Assembly (NCBI GenBank): GCA_951406725.2
Contig: OX597814.1
Span: 37,200,001-37,264,000, forward strand
Reading direction: 5' to 3'
Length of the DNA: 64,000 nt
Source: Octopus vulgaris
Lineage: Eukaryota
Numbering within the stretch: position 1 is the first letter of the stretch; each line of letters opens with the position of its first letter. This document shows, piece by piece, positions 1 through 12,414 of this stretch. Position numbers and translations under genes: made by a program. The notes beneath the pieces were generated by a model. It was given only the letters and a program-made list of their open reading frames with translations, was not told the origin of the DNA and ran no database searches.

Positions 1-632
1 TCATAACCTTTGGAGAATTTTCATATATCCGAGCTGTAAGTGTAGTGTTAGGCAGTGAAGATGGTTAACAAGCTAGTCTATAAAATGCTAAATTCGTTTT
101 CCAATTTGCATTTATAAACCGCGACAGTCCTTTTCCTAGGCATACATTGTACTGCTCAAGAAATTGACATAACGAACCATCTTTAAAACTGACACATCAG
201 AAATTTTATATTAAAATTGGAGTACTTTCTGGAATGTATTATGTATTAAAAACTTATTTAACAGAAAAAAAAGAAACATTAGCACTTTGTAGTAAAAATA
301 CATTGCAGCAGTATTACTTCTTTCTTTTACGATACTTTAATCGCATTGAGTTTCACATTGCATCATTGAATTGCACATGTAAGCCGCACATTTTGTACAT
401 GTATTATAATACCACAAATCTTGTACATGTCAGTGTACTGTGCTGTGCAATTACTGGCCTTTACTGCTTTTAACTTTCCATATTGTGCTAAGTTTCATCT
501 AATAACAACTGCACGTAATGTAACTTAAAATACGTCATATCTCTTTTGAGCGCAAAAACCTAAATCAAACGTTGCATGTTTATATAACTTGAAAGGGATG
601 GTATAATTTATTTCATGTTTTGAATGATAATA

Positions 633-866
633 ACTATTTATTTACTACACACAAGGGGCTAAACACAAAGGGGACAAACAACGACAGACAAACGGATCAA
701 GTCGATTACATCGACCCCAGTGCGAAACTAGTACTTAATTTATCGACCCCGAAAGAATGAAAGGCAAAGTCGACCTCGGCGGAATTTGAACTCAGAACGT
801 AACGGCAGACGAAATACGGCTACGCATTTCGCCCGGCGTGCTAACGTGTCTGCCAGCTCGCCGCCT
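633..866 (-). mobile_element. tRNA-derived SINE, family 1 (Meta/MESC-like central domain), full length
   Basis: Minus strand starts AGGCGGCGAGCTGGCAG (A-box region), has B-box GAGTTCAAATTCC and central GACTTTGCCTTTCATTCTTTCGGGGTCGATAAATTAAGTAC. TSD tttgaatg(a/c)taata at 619-632 and 866-879. Further copies occur in the window. Confidence 0.9.
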
Positions 867-1097
867 TTGAATGCTAATACCGTCTTATCATTCCCACATC
901 TATTATCAGACTAACATATTTGAAAAAAATGTATCACCCAGGAATAAATTCAATTCCAATCCTTTGATATGGCTATCGTAAATGCTCTCCAAACGTGCTC
1001 ACTGTGGCATATCTTTATTCACATGAGTAGTTGATTTTTAAAAAATGCCAAGATATCCCGCAATTGACAAAAGCAAGATTATTATTCTTAAAAATAT

Positions 1098-1465
1098 CCC
1101 TTTCTTCTCTAGGCACAAAGCCCGAAATGTTTGGGGAGGGGGCCAGTCGATTAGATCGACCCCAGTACTCAAATGGTATTTAATTCATCGACCCCGAAAG
1201 GATAAAATGCAAAGTCAGAACGTAAATACAGACGAAATACCTATTTCTTTACTGCCCACAAGGGGCTATACAGAAGGGACAAACAAGGAGAGGCAAACGG
1301 ATTAAGTCGATTATATCGATCCCAGTGCATAACTTAATTTATCGATCCCGAAAGGATGAAAGGCAGAGTCGACCTCGGTGAAATTTGAATTCAGAACGTA
1401 GCGGCAGACGAAACACTGCTAAGCATTTCGCCTGGCATGCTAACGTTTCTGCCAGCTCGCCGCCT
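1098..1465 (-). mobile_element. Dimeric family-1 SINE
   Basis: Full monomer (1243-1465) joined to a 5'-truncated monomer with a different tail (1098-1242). A single 16-bp TSD ttattcttaaaaatat at 1082-1097 and 1466-1481 brackets both. Confidence 0.88.
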
Positions 1466-1769
1466 TTATTCTTAAAAATATTAAAATGATGATGTACACG
1501 AATTTGAAGTTTCATATAGTATTTAATTTTGATGAAAATAATATTAACGATGAAATAAGGAAAATATATTTTTCCTCATTATAATAAAGTTACATTTTCA
1601 CTATTGATTTTAACTCATCTAAAACAAAAGCTCCAAATGACACATATCCGCATATGTCCATTGATAGATTGACAGGTAGATAGATAGATAGGCAGATAGA
1701 TATCAAACAAATAAATAGAGTGAGAGAGAGAGAGAGAGAGAGATACATACATTATATATATATATATCA

Positions 1770-2056
1770 CCATCATCACGTGACCGACCAGACCATCAGA
1801 TGTTGTTACACATCGCTGGTCACAATGCGTTCGTATTGTTTTAGCCTTTGAATGACGCCAACCCGCTGGTTAAGTGAGCAGGCCAACAGAAGAAAGAGTG
1901 GTGAAAGAGTACAGCAGGAACCACCACCCCCTGCCGGAGCCTCGTGGAACTTTTAAGTGTTTTCGCTCAATAAACACACACAACGCCCGATCTGGGAATC
2001 GAAACCGCGATCCTCCGACCGCGAGTCCGCTGCCCCAACCACTGGCCATTGCGCCT

Positions 2057-2060
<4 letters not shown>
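1770..2060 (-). mobile_element. tRNA-derived SINE, family 2 (CORE-like)
   Basis: Minus strand reads GTGGAGGCGCAATGGCCAGTGGTT..GGTTTCGATTCCC (A/B boxes), then a CORE-like GTTGTGTGTGTTTATTGAGCGAAAACACTTAA segment. Homologous copy at 13302-13575. Confidence 0.85.
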
Positions 2061-2130
<70 letters not shown>

Positions 2131-2131
<1 letters not shown>

Positions 2132-3570
2132 TAAATTATGAATATTATTGCAATACAATGGTATTAATTTGCAGCTAAATTTAGCACCGTAAAGTTAGAA
2201 TTATAAATAGGGAATACTGGCACAAGAAGGTACCAATATTAGCTGGAAATAGCAGTCGATACCCGTACGGCGTTATGTAAAGCTTCATTGAATGTATTCA
2301 GGCAAAGATGCGTGAGGACGGCGAACATTTTCGTCTTACCTCTAGGAAGAACGCCGGATAAATGGACAACCTAGAATGAATAACCGAATTCTCGAGTATC
2401 TGACTTTCCAAAATACGTTTGTTATCGTATATTTGGTTAGCCTGTTTCAGCTAGGTTCACAGAAGACGAAATGTTAAAATATCCGCTATATCAATGTCAT
2501 TGTATTCGGCCTAATGATAATCAGAAACGAGATCAGTAAAAAGATAAACTTTATAAAAATTATAAATATTATTGCAATACGATAGTACTATTTTCCAACG
2601 AATTAAAGCTCCGTAAAAGCAGTATTATGAGTAGGAAATAGTGACACAAGGCACCAATATTTGCAGGAAATAGCAGTTGATAACCGTACGACGCTATGTA
2701 CAGTTTCAATGAATGTACACATGCAAAGACGTGTGCGGGCGGCGAGCAAGTGTCGTCTTACTTCTAGGAAGAACACCCGATAAATAGACAGACGAGAATG
2801 GATAACCTTGTACTATTGTATTGCAATAATATTTATAATTTTTATATAAAACTTTTTCAATGATCTTTGCTCTGTTTATGGTTGGGCGTTGATGTAGCAA
2901 TTATTTTAGAATTTCCTCTTCGGTTAACCTAGCGGAAGATCAACGAAATTTACGATAACATATGTATTTTGGAAAGTCCGTTATTCGAATACTAGGTTAT
3001 CCATTCTACGTTGTCCATTTCTCCGGCGTTCTTCCTAGAAGTAAAACGAAAACATGTATACATTCACTGAAGCTTTACATAGCGTCGTACAGTTATCGAT
3101 TGCTAAATCCAACAAACATTGATGCTTTGTTGTGCCACTATTTCCTATCTATAATTCTACATTTACAGAGCTTTATTTAACTAGAAAATAATACTATTGT
3201 ATTACAATAATATTTATGATTTTTAAATAAAACTTTTTCACTGATCTCGGCTCTATTTATGGCTAAGCGTTCAGCCGAATATACTGGCATTGATGTAGCG
3301 AGCATTTTAAAATTTCGTCTTCTGTGAACCTACCTGAAGAAGAGCAACCAAAAATTAGGATAACAAACGTTTTTTAGAAAGTCCGATACTCGAGTACTAG
3401 GTTCTCGATTTATCTGGCGTTCTTCCTCGAGGTAAGGCAAAAAGTTTTTATGTTCAACAATCGCACACATATTTGCCTGTATACATTCAGAGAAGCTTTA
3501 CATAGCGTTGTACAGTTATCGACTGCTATTTCCAGTAAACATTGGTGCTTTGATGTGCCTCTATTTCATA
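2131..3570. repeat. ~424-bp tandem satellite with internal strand switch
   Basis: Motif aatattattgcaatac recurs ending at 2156 and 2580, along with tctaggaagaac and gaaatagcagt. Reverse-complement units start at ~2810 and ~3191. Confidence 0.85.
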
Positions 3571-3572
3571 TA

Positions 3573-3644
<72 letters not shown>

Positions 3645-3744
3645 TGTAGATATATTAATACGTATACACATAGATATATGACCATATATATATTTATATA
3701 TATATATATGTATGTTTGCGTGTGTGCATCCATTCAAAATGTGA

Positions 3745-3950
3745 CCGCGTGTGTACCGTTGGCGATTTTTTTACCCTCTGTCTTCTTTTCTCTGGATCTT
3801 TACTTCTCCTATGTTTCCGACGAAGAACTCCGCTCGAAACGTTAAACCCTCCTTCATTCTTTACTTCTTTCTTGAGCGTCCAATAATACTATATTTGTCC
3901 CACGTCCTCGCGTTGTTGTGTTTTTTTGTGCTTTCTTGTTTGGATTAACT
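3745..3950 (+). mobile_element. Non-autonomous PLE-type repeat carrying a minimal hammerhead motif
   Basis: Homologous to 12415-12620, abuts (TA)n, and contains the HHR-like motif at 3813-3847. Confidence 0.7.
3813..3847 (+). ncRNA. Minimal type I hammerhead ribozyme motif (U4C core variant)
   Basis: GTTT-CCGACGA-A-GAAC/TCC/GCTC-GAA-ACGT-T-AAAC: stem I GTTT/AAAC, palindromic stem III ACGT, one mismatch in stem II. Confidence 0.6.
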
Positions 3951-4944
3951 ATATATATATATATATATTTATATGTGTGTGTGTGTGTGTTGTGTGTGTG
4001 TGTGTTTGTGTGTGTGTAAGAATGTGTGCATGTTTTTCGTATATGTGTGAAGGCAATTAAAATTATTTGACGTATCTCACTTTGATTATGATAAAAGTGA
4101 TAGAGGGAAAGAGTTATTAATGATATTAAAAATGAAACAATACGAGTAAATTTTGGGAAAACAATTTGTCATCTACGATAGTGAAAACAAAAGTATCCTT
4201 AATAGTATTATAGTATTTCCAGAAAAAAGCATTTCAAGAAACGATGAAAAAGCAAATGTAGAATATTAAAGTGCTATAAAGACAAAATAAGTCTAACGTT
4301 GACATTGACAATAATAACGCCAATAACAAAACACATGGTACTTGAATTATACGATACAATAAGTTATCAGTTTTGTTCTTGTTCATATACTCTTCCCAGG
4401 ATTAAAGATTTAATATTCTCCGTTATCCTTCATGCACATATACACATACAAGAACCGACACATACGTACGTATGCACACATATAAATGTATTTGTATATG
4501 TGTGTGTGTCCGTGTGTGTTTGAGTCTGCATGTTTGCGTGTGTGTGTATTCATTTTATTTGCTTTTATTGTTTACGAATGTTTTAAAATTTATTTGCAGA
4601 GCCAACAATATTTGTAAAAGTATTAGTGATAGCACGTCGAGTTTTCTCTGAAGTATTTGTTTACTCGTATTTTGCTAAATAATAATTTATTTTTTAGTTA
4701 TATATATGAAAGCAAGTATTTAGTGTAGAAGAAGCAGAAATATATATGACGATATTGCAGGAATATAGATATTTATCTAAGAAATATTTCATTTTATATA
4801 CAATCGGCCTAATTTATGCTGGGGTGAATTAGGTGTATGCTAAACTGAATGGTTCATGTATAATTCTTTTAGCAACGTTATTCTTAAAGTGTTCCTTCAC
4901 TGTAATGTACAAAGGAAAGCTACACAGAGTCATATATACATACA

Positions 4945-5027
<83 letters not shown>

Positions 5028-5191
5028 ATGAATGTTATGTAACGATCAAAAGAAGTGTTCAGTTCGAAACTAGAGAGAAGTAGTATATTTAAGACTGGCT
5101 AGTGACATGTTAACTTCAGTTGAATCTATCATGGAGTTAAGTTCCGTTTTCACATAAATCAGATTGCTCCGTTAGACGGTTTTTATATATA

Positions 5192-5312
5192 CAGGCGTGT
5201 CTATGTGCTAAGAAGATTGCTTCCCAATCACATTATTTTGAGTTGAGTCGCACTGCGTGACATTTCAGGAAAGTGTCTTCTACTGTCGTCTCAGGTTGAC
5301 CAAGTTTCGCTT
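5192..5312 (+). mobile_element. Degenerate CORE-type SINE head, family 3
   Basis: tRNA-like head plus gaaagtgtcttctactgt..caggttgaccaag. Homologous to 7433-7550, 18648-18830 and 20862-20980. Confidence 0.65.
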
Positions 5313-5319
5313 GGCATAT

Positions 5320-6840
5320 TGTTGTCGCCTGTAAGATATTGTCTAAACTGTCTGTGAACGGAAAACGCTTCCATGTTACAACCGGTAGATGGCTCTGAAA
5401 AATTGGGGCAATCGAATTATAAGTAATAGTAAGGGGAAACAAAACTAACAGGACTCGGAAACTAACTGATTGAACGAGTAATGGTTCATCAATAGTGGGA
5501 ATAAACATTGTTGTTAAGTTCGATTTGATTTGGGATATCATTATAGTCGCTAAACCGCACATAAACAGTAGATACGGGAGCAGAATTTGCTACATGGGGC
5601 CGAGAGGGCATATAGTGACAATTTTCTAAATTATAAACTAGACGTCCGTCTTTCCTGTGTACAGAAGGCTACGAGCACGTTTAGATATTTCAAGGACATG
5701 AAACAAACTCTATAATTTACTAGCCTAAGTTACTCCCTCCATCTGAGTCCTTCAGGTCTCGTTTCCCTTACTATTTCTAACTGCTCTTACTATTTTTGCT
5801 TGGTGTACTGCATTGAAGGAACTAACCATTCTATCTGTAGCGTACCAGGTTTTATATATAGCAAATATACTTAACGTGGAAGTAGAAGTAGCAGCCTACT
5901 CATCCTAGAGAGTTATTTTCCAATTCTACTAGGTATACTGGTATTAGCACAAAGCCATTACTTAATGATTTGTCAGTGGCCAGTGTACTGACAAGATCAT
6001 AATGGTTAATTTACATTTAAGTATAATTATAAAATACACCCTTACACCAAGCTAGAGTTATCAGAGCTACGCTTGTTAACTAATAAAGAGAACACACTAT
6101 CCAAACCTCTTACTTTCGACTATTGTCTGGAGTTGCATTACCTGATTCAAGCAAAGGTGAGTATACTATCTAATTAAATGATATCAACGCTACCTTTATA
6201 ACATTCCGTGTTGTTAATCATTAGACTATTTCTTACTGCTAGGTTTCTTTGATATCCAGTCTGGTATTTCTTCTATCTCCGTACTAGGCGTAGTTAATTA
6301 TATAACCCCTCATTCTTTACATTCCTTAATAAGTAGTACGCTAATTTTACGAACACTACAATTCTATAAAAGTTAGATTTTATTATTCCACTGTCTTCGT
6401 ATCGTTTCACAACTTCCAACCAATATCCACAGAATACCCCTAAATTCTGTGTATGTCTGCTTCCTCTCTTTGTCCTTTAGTATTAGCTAGTGAATCCTAA
6501 ACACCGACCCTCTGCCTGATTGACTAGTATTCTTTTATTATTCTTCACCCTTATTTTTGCTTTATTTCTTATTACTTACTTTATCCTTAATTCATATAAG
6601 GACCTCTCCTTAAGTGCTACTGCCCTAAGCCTACTATAGTAAATTATAACCTACAACCCACTCCAGTCTACCTAAGAACCAGTCTTGCAGATTCCTGTCA
6701 CCAGGTCGCTCACCTTAGATATCATATTACACACTTTCAAGAACTATGTACCCAACCTCAACGGCCAACCTTGTTGGTCATTCTCCCATTTCATAGTTGT
6801 CCTCGACAAACTTCAGCCACATCCCTGCTGTACACTTGTA
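5320..6840 (-). pseudogene. Decayed coding-like island of unknown origin, TpA-rich
   Basis: One minus frame reads protein-like across 6840-6240 (YKCTAGMWLKFVEDNYEMGE*PTRLAVEVGYIVLESV*YDI*GERPGDRNLQDWFLGRLEWVVG..) and 5940-5330, with scattered stops. No family recognised. Confidence 0.3.
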
Positions 6841-6974
6841 AAATTATTTTTCATCTGATGTTTACGGTATATTATAATTTTATTTTATAATTATACTTAA
6901 ATGTAAATTAACCATTATGATCTTGTCAGTAAACTGGCCACTGACAAATCATTAAGTAATGACTTTGTGCTAAT
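5942..6974. repeat. ~95-bp inverted repeat pair (5942-6036 / 6881-6974); partial third copy ~7375-7432
   Basis: tattagcacaaagccattacttaatgatttgtcagtggcc...tataattataaaata is the near-exact reverse complement of 6881-6974. Each arm has the hairpin TTGTCAGT-9nt-ACTGACAA. Confidence 0.85.
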
Positions 6975-7432
6975 TATTTATAAATATATATTAATTCCCT
7001 CTACAAACGTATTTACTGCTGAATTATTCTCTGTAAATAACCACGCTGTTGAAATGGACATTCAGGTTTTTCTTCCTATATACGTATGTATATGCTCGTA
7101 TTTGTACGACCGTTTATCTATGGTATGTATATGTATTTCTCATTTATTTATGATTGGTTTACGCTAGTGAAGAGTGGGAAATGTTTTAAATATCGTAAAC
7201 CAAGAAATGTTGAGATAAAGTTTTGTTCAAAATATTTTAAAAAACATTTCTGTCTATTTTCCTCGCGTACAAACTTGTGGTAATGGAGTAATGGCTTAAG
7301 TCATTTGTAGACCATTTGGAGTCTATTTCTAGCGTACCGGGATTGTCGTTTTCAGCGCCCTTATTATAATTATATGTTATAATTATATTTAAATGTAAAT
7401 TAACCACTTAACTTTTTAGTACGCTGCCCACT

Positions 7433-7550
7433 GTCTACCAAATCCACTGAAGAAGGTTTTGGTCGACCCGGGCCTTTGGTAAAATTCATTTGCCCAATGT
7501 GGCACGCAGAACCATGTGGTTAGGTAGCAAGCTTCTTACCACAGAGCTAC
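7433..7550 (-). mobile_element. Degenerate CORE-type SINE head, family 3
   Basis: accaaatccact..ttggtcgacccggg..ttgcccaatgtggcacgcag..aaccatgtggtt..aagcttcttaccaca matches the other family-3 copies. Confidence 0.7.
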
Positions 7551-9261
7551 ATAAGTATTTTTCGTCAATAAAATTATGAAAAATACTCTTTTAACAAGCT
7601 TCACCAATCTTACATGTGATTATTACCATCTTCGTTGACCAATGATGTTAAACATACACTATAATAAACATGATTCAAATATTTACAGTATCTCCTTCAG
7701 TGTAGTTAACGTATTTATCATATAACATAATATTGAGTGCATTACACGTCCTACGTATTCTGTTGTTCAAATATCTATATAAATTTGTATCAAATTGCTA
7801 TTTTCTGGAACTTGTTACCGCAAGTCAATAACGACTTCCTATGTATTCATGTGATTGCATATACTTATAGCCATACTGAAATCTATTAATTTCTATTTGC
7901 TTTCGTAATATACTCCTCTGCCTATTTATACTGCATGTATTCAGATATTAATCACTGTGTGAGATGATCCATTTTTCGATTCTCTTGTAAGATGACTCTA
8001 TTTCGTATGTTATTTAATTTGACGGAACGTTATTGATTGCAGAATATCAACTTTATATTCTAATTTTTAACATTTGTAATGAGGGAAACCATATAGTAAC
8101 AGAATATACATGCTGCACAATGTAGGTACTTATCTGTGTGTATCTTCTGAATTTGGTTTTCAATTGTTTATTTCTACATTGTTTCCACCATACAAATAAT
8201 TAATGGAGAATGAAGTGGTTCAATCCAACAATACATTTAGCTTTGCTTTGTGTCAGTGTAATGCTTCTAATGATTGACAATTTCGTATTTTACGAAGATG
8301 ATTTTTCATGTTACTATCGCACTTAACACTCAATAGCATTCCCTTTTCCTTGTTTCGTCGCAAACACTCGATAGTTTCTGTTCTTAATTTCATGCCATTA
8401 AGAAGAAATTATTTAAATAAAGTTTTTCATTATTTTTTCTTAGGTATTTAATCAGCTTTTATTTTCAGACATTCTGAAAATACTTTTTAATAGTATGTCT
8501 ATTGTGTACATTTGACTGAAAGTCTCATGCGATAAATAATAAAGGATTTTTTAAACTTTTATTTTAACCGCAAATTGGTACTGCTTTTATTTTTGGGTAA
8601 TTATTTACATTGATTGGGAGATTTAGAGAAGCTTAGCGACGGTCTGGGAAATGTCGATATGAATAATTACAAACAACTAAGTGATTTTATCATTTTTTTT
8701 TCAGGACAATTTGCAAGTAACATTTGCTTTCCAATATGCACAGTCAAACGAAATATTAATGTATGCTTTACTGTTAATTATCCATGGTATACGAGTATTT
8801 CTTTAGACATATCTTAATTCTGAACCGGCACACCAATTTTCAATAGCTGATTTTTACGGGAACGAACTTATAATTAGATACAGACTTATCTACTACTTTC
8901 TGCTGGCAATCGAACACGTGTTGGTTGGAAATCTGAAATAATTTCTCGTTCTCTAATTATCTGCATATTTCTTTCATATGTCTCTTAATTTTCTTAATTT
9001 TTCCTTGTAATTTCCAATTCTTTCATAGTGAAATGTAATGGAAATTTTTTTTACTTTTCTTTTTCTCATTTTCTAATAATCAAATTTTATTTCTGTAATT
9101 TGACGTATAATTCGACATAATAAGCATTATTTATCATTCTCCATATACAACTAACCTAAAAATTCAGATTTAATTGCACTCTGCATTTAACTGTATTTTA
9201 AAAAGTTATTAAAATATGTCGCCATCAAAGCGATAATTCTCTCTCTTTTTTTTAATATTAG

Positions 9262-9305
9262 GTGTGATTGGCATTTCTGCTATCATCTTAATGATAGCAG
9301 AAACG
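9262..9305 (+). other. Candidate 44-nt exon
   Basis: Polypyrimidine tract + TAG acceptor (9260-9261), donor ACG|GTAAAT. One frame gives hydrophobic GVIGISAIILMIAET. Confidence 0.25.
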
Positions 9306-9520
9306 GTAAATTTTTTCGTCTCATTTCGTCATGTTGTCTGATTTTGTATAGATATGTGAAGGGGATGTCATTTCCATTCCGAATTTACAGATCTCTCGTG
9401 ATTAAATCTACATTGTATTACAGAGCTTTTAAACAGTAAAATATAATAAAGACAGATTAATCGAATATGTTATAATTCATTGTTGTCGGTCACATGTACT
9501 ATGGATGTAATATACGAACG

Positions 9521-10345
9521 TATAAGGTGCGTTCAAACGGCACCCATCATTATTGTCCTGCCAAAAGTAATGGTACATGGGTATAATCTTTTGTGTTGAA
9601 AGTGACTCCAATCTTACTGCGCATATGTGAAAATATTTCTGCCGCATCACTTCACGTTAGTCACGACCAGAAAACAGATGTCTAGAGCGCGCTTCTAGGA
9701 TTTTCGTTTTCGTGCAAGATGACCGGACACATCGAGCAGAGACCGCAAATTTATAGTTCATCACCAATGATAATGGTTTTCATGAAGTCTGGGTCATGTT
9801 TTTCATACTCTAGCATATCCTGAACGATTTACATATGGAATTGTTTCTGCTACTCCACCAGCACCTTTGGTCGAATTTCACCGACACTCACTACATGCAC
9901 AATCCCTCCGTTAAAATGGAATGCACTGATCCTGTACTTATACCCACCCCGTGAGCAATGTCCTTCATTATTACACTACAGCCTTCCATGACTATTCACC
10001 GAATCTTCTAAAGCGGCTCCTCATTTCGGTTTGTGGATGCTTTGCTTGAGCATGCTTCGCTCTCCAAAGAGGTGCAGCAATGCTGGAAGCTGTTGTACCA
10101 CACCTTGACCTGGGTTTTGATCATGGTGTCATGGTCAAAGCCTGCGTTCGGAGAAAACGAAAATCCCAGGAGCCTGCATTACACGTTTAAACTCTAGTTG
10201 TGACAGCCGGTAACTGACAAGGCTTACGGGTAGGAAAATGTTCATGCATGCGCGGAAAGTATGTCTTATCTCTGACCCTAAAGATTTCGTCCGCGTGGCA
10301 TTAGGTTCAGAGGGAAAAAATAAAGTCGAACACACCGCGCATATT
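9521..10345 (-). mobile_element. Mariner-family DNA transposon remnant with internal inversion
   Basis: Minus 10135-9742 translates to mariner HTH/catalytic start (KTQVKVWYNSF..GVGISTGSVHSILTEGL..HDPDFMKTIIIGDE). Decayed terminal IRs (taaggtgcgttcaaa / tcgaacacaccgcg) and subterminal IR ggattttcgttttc / gaaaacgaaaatcc. Confidence 0.8.
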
Positions 10346-11289
10346 TCTTTTTTTTTAATGTAGGCGTTTCAATGTTTCCTACATATATATGACATTTAAC
10401 ACACACACACACGCGTGCACACTCAATAATACCCAAATGTGCATATATTATGTGTGTATGTCTGAAGTCTGAAATTACTCTTTGTTTCGAAGTTGAAAAA
10501 AATGACTTCAAAAACATCTCTAATGATCATACGAATAGAGAAATATGAGTCACATATGTTATATATACATATATACTTCTTGTCTATTAAACTGCGTTCA
10601 TTATGAAATATTTTGCATTCCATTAGTTTCGACACCACGTAACGTCCTACTGAAACGTACTTGACAAAATTTTTCACTATATTTTTTTTTAATTGTGGGG
10701 ATCAATAATATTTGGAACACTCTAAAATTGTTTAGAGTAACATATATAGAAAATCCTAACGGGTTATTAATTATGAAAAAAAAGAATGTATTAAAATAGT
10801 AGGTCAAATAATTAAGTGGCTCACAGATTTTCAGGAAATAATCCTATAACATACTACATTATCTTAATACGCACACTTCCATCCTAGTATCTTACTGATC
10901 AATAATCATAGACGAATCAAATTAAACCTAGATTCATTCAAGTCAAAGATGTGATTTATATGCTTTGTACTTGTTATCTTAGGAATTTATAACAACAGTA
11001 ATTATTAAAACGCAAGTGTATACGTATATCAAGATATTAATGTATTTAAATAAATTAAAATACATATTCCATGTACATTTCCCACTACACGCCCACAGAT
11101 GTACATAGACACGTATCCTGCTCCCTTTCAGTGCATGAGACCGGAAAAATATTCTGGTTCAATGGAGGAAATTTGTCTTTAGCAGTTTGGCTTACTGATC
11201 TAAACTGTGTTTGCCCCATAGAGTTTAATTTATAGTGGAACTTGAGGCGTTTAGCACTGTTACAACAGGAAAATTTCATCAGTGAAATA

Positions 11290-11760
11290 GCTTAGCTACT
11301 GGAAGAGGCATAAAGAAGCTGCTACTCTACACACAGGGGAGAAGGCGTAGTAGATGGTCCGTCGCAGAGGTAGTAGTGGTAATAGTGCTATTTGAGTTTG
11401 GTTGTGGTGACGTTGGGGCAAATGTAGTGGGAAAAACAGGAGGGCGTAGTTGATGACTGGTAGTATTAATGGAAGTAATAGTATATGATAGTAGTAGTGA
11501 TGATGTTGAAGGTGTTAGTGTTGAATGCAGTGATGTATCGGGCTGAAGGGTTCCGTTGCAGTAGTCCTGATTGTGACTGCCGCTGTTGCGATGGAAATTG
11601 TAATTGTTGCTGTTGTGGTCGTAGGTGTAGTGGCTTTTGTTGCTGTTGTTTGTCTTGGGCTCCGGTAGGTGGAAAGATTGTAGTTAGTTTATCCACGTGG
11701 TAGATTATTGTATGATATGAAACCGAAATTTCATTTGAGATTGTTGCAGGTTTGTTGAGT
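11290..11760. other. Low-complexity GTT/GTA/GTG-rich region, possibly UTR or exon
   Basis: Strong strand asymmetry. Minus frames stay open for ~100-130 codons without ATG (Q-rich or S/T/P-rich); no domain recognised. Confidence 0.3.
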
Positions 11761-12414
11761 CGACATTGTGATATTTAAGTTGTTTTTTTTTTTGTATCAA
11801 TCCAATAATAATAATAATTATAATTTCGAGACCGCTCGAAAAACGAGAACTCTTAAAGCAGAGCAATAATTTCCCATAGTATCAATGTTATAAATGGTAA
11901 TTCCTTCCCAGAAAAATATTTTACCTATAAACTTTATAATACTAGTAGATAACTAGCACTAAAACAACAGTAGAATGTAATGAATATTTTACGTAAAGTA
12001 AAAACAAGGTCAAGATCAGTTATAATAAAAATATTATCATCATGATCACTTTCTGAATCACTTTCACTCGCACTAAACCCCAGAACACCATCACTGGTAG
12101 ATGCGATTGCCGATTCACAGGGTTTCGTTGGCGGACTCGAAAATTTCTTTTGAAGAAAAAAGTCTAGAGGTGTTCACTTAAAAGAAGCAATTTTATGCAG
12201 TCTCTTTAAAGTTCGTGGTAACAAGCAGAGGCATTTTGATAGTAGTAGAAAAACTTGCAATTCGTTGGATCTTGTACTATAAACTTTTTATATTCATTAT
12301 AAAATGAAACTCGTAAACCGGGGATCTCGTAAAACGGGTCCTCGTAAAGTCAGATATTACTCTGTATGTAAATGTGTATATATATATATATATACACACC
12401 ATGTGTACTTCGTA

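Noticed and set aside
2131-3570. CRISPR-like array
   Set aside because: Units are ~400 bp and homologous throughout, with no unique spacers or cas genes, in a eukaryotic context.
9262-9305. Assignment of the candidate exon to an SK/KCNN channel S1 helix
   Set aside because: Fifteen hydrophobic residues are too few, and no other channel exon was found.
11485-11703. Cys-rich ORF resembling a metallothionein or toxin
   Set aside because: The cysteines come from degenerate (TGT/TGC) triplet repeats; spacing does not match a family and there is no other support.
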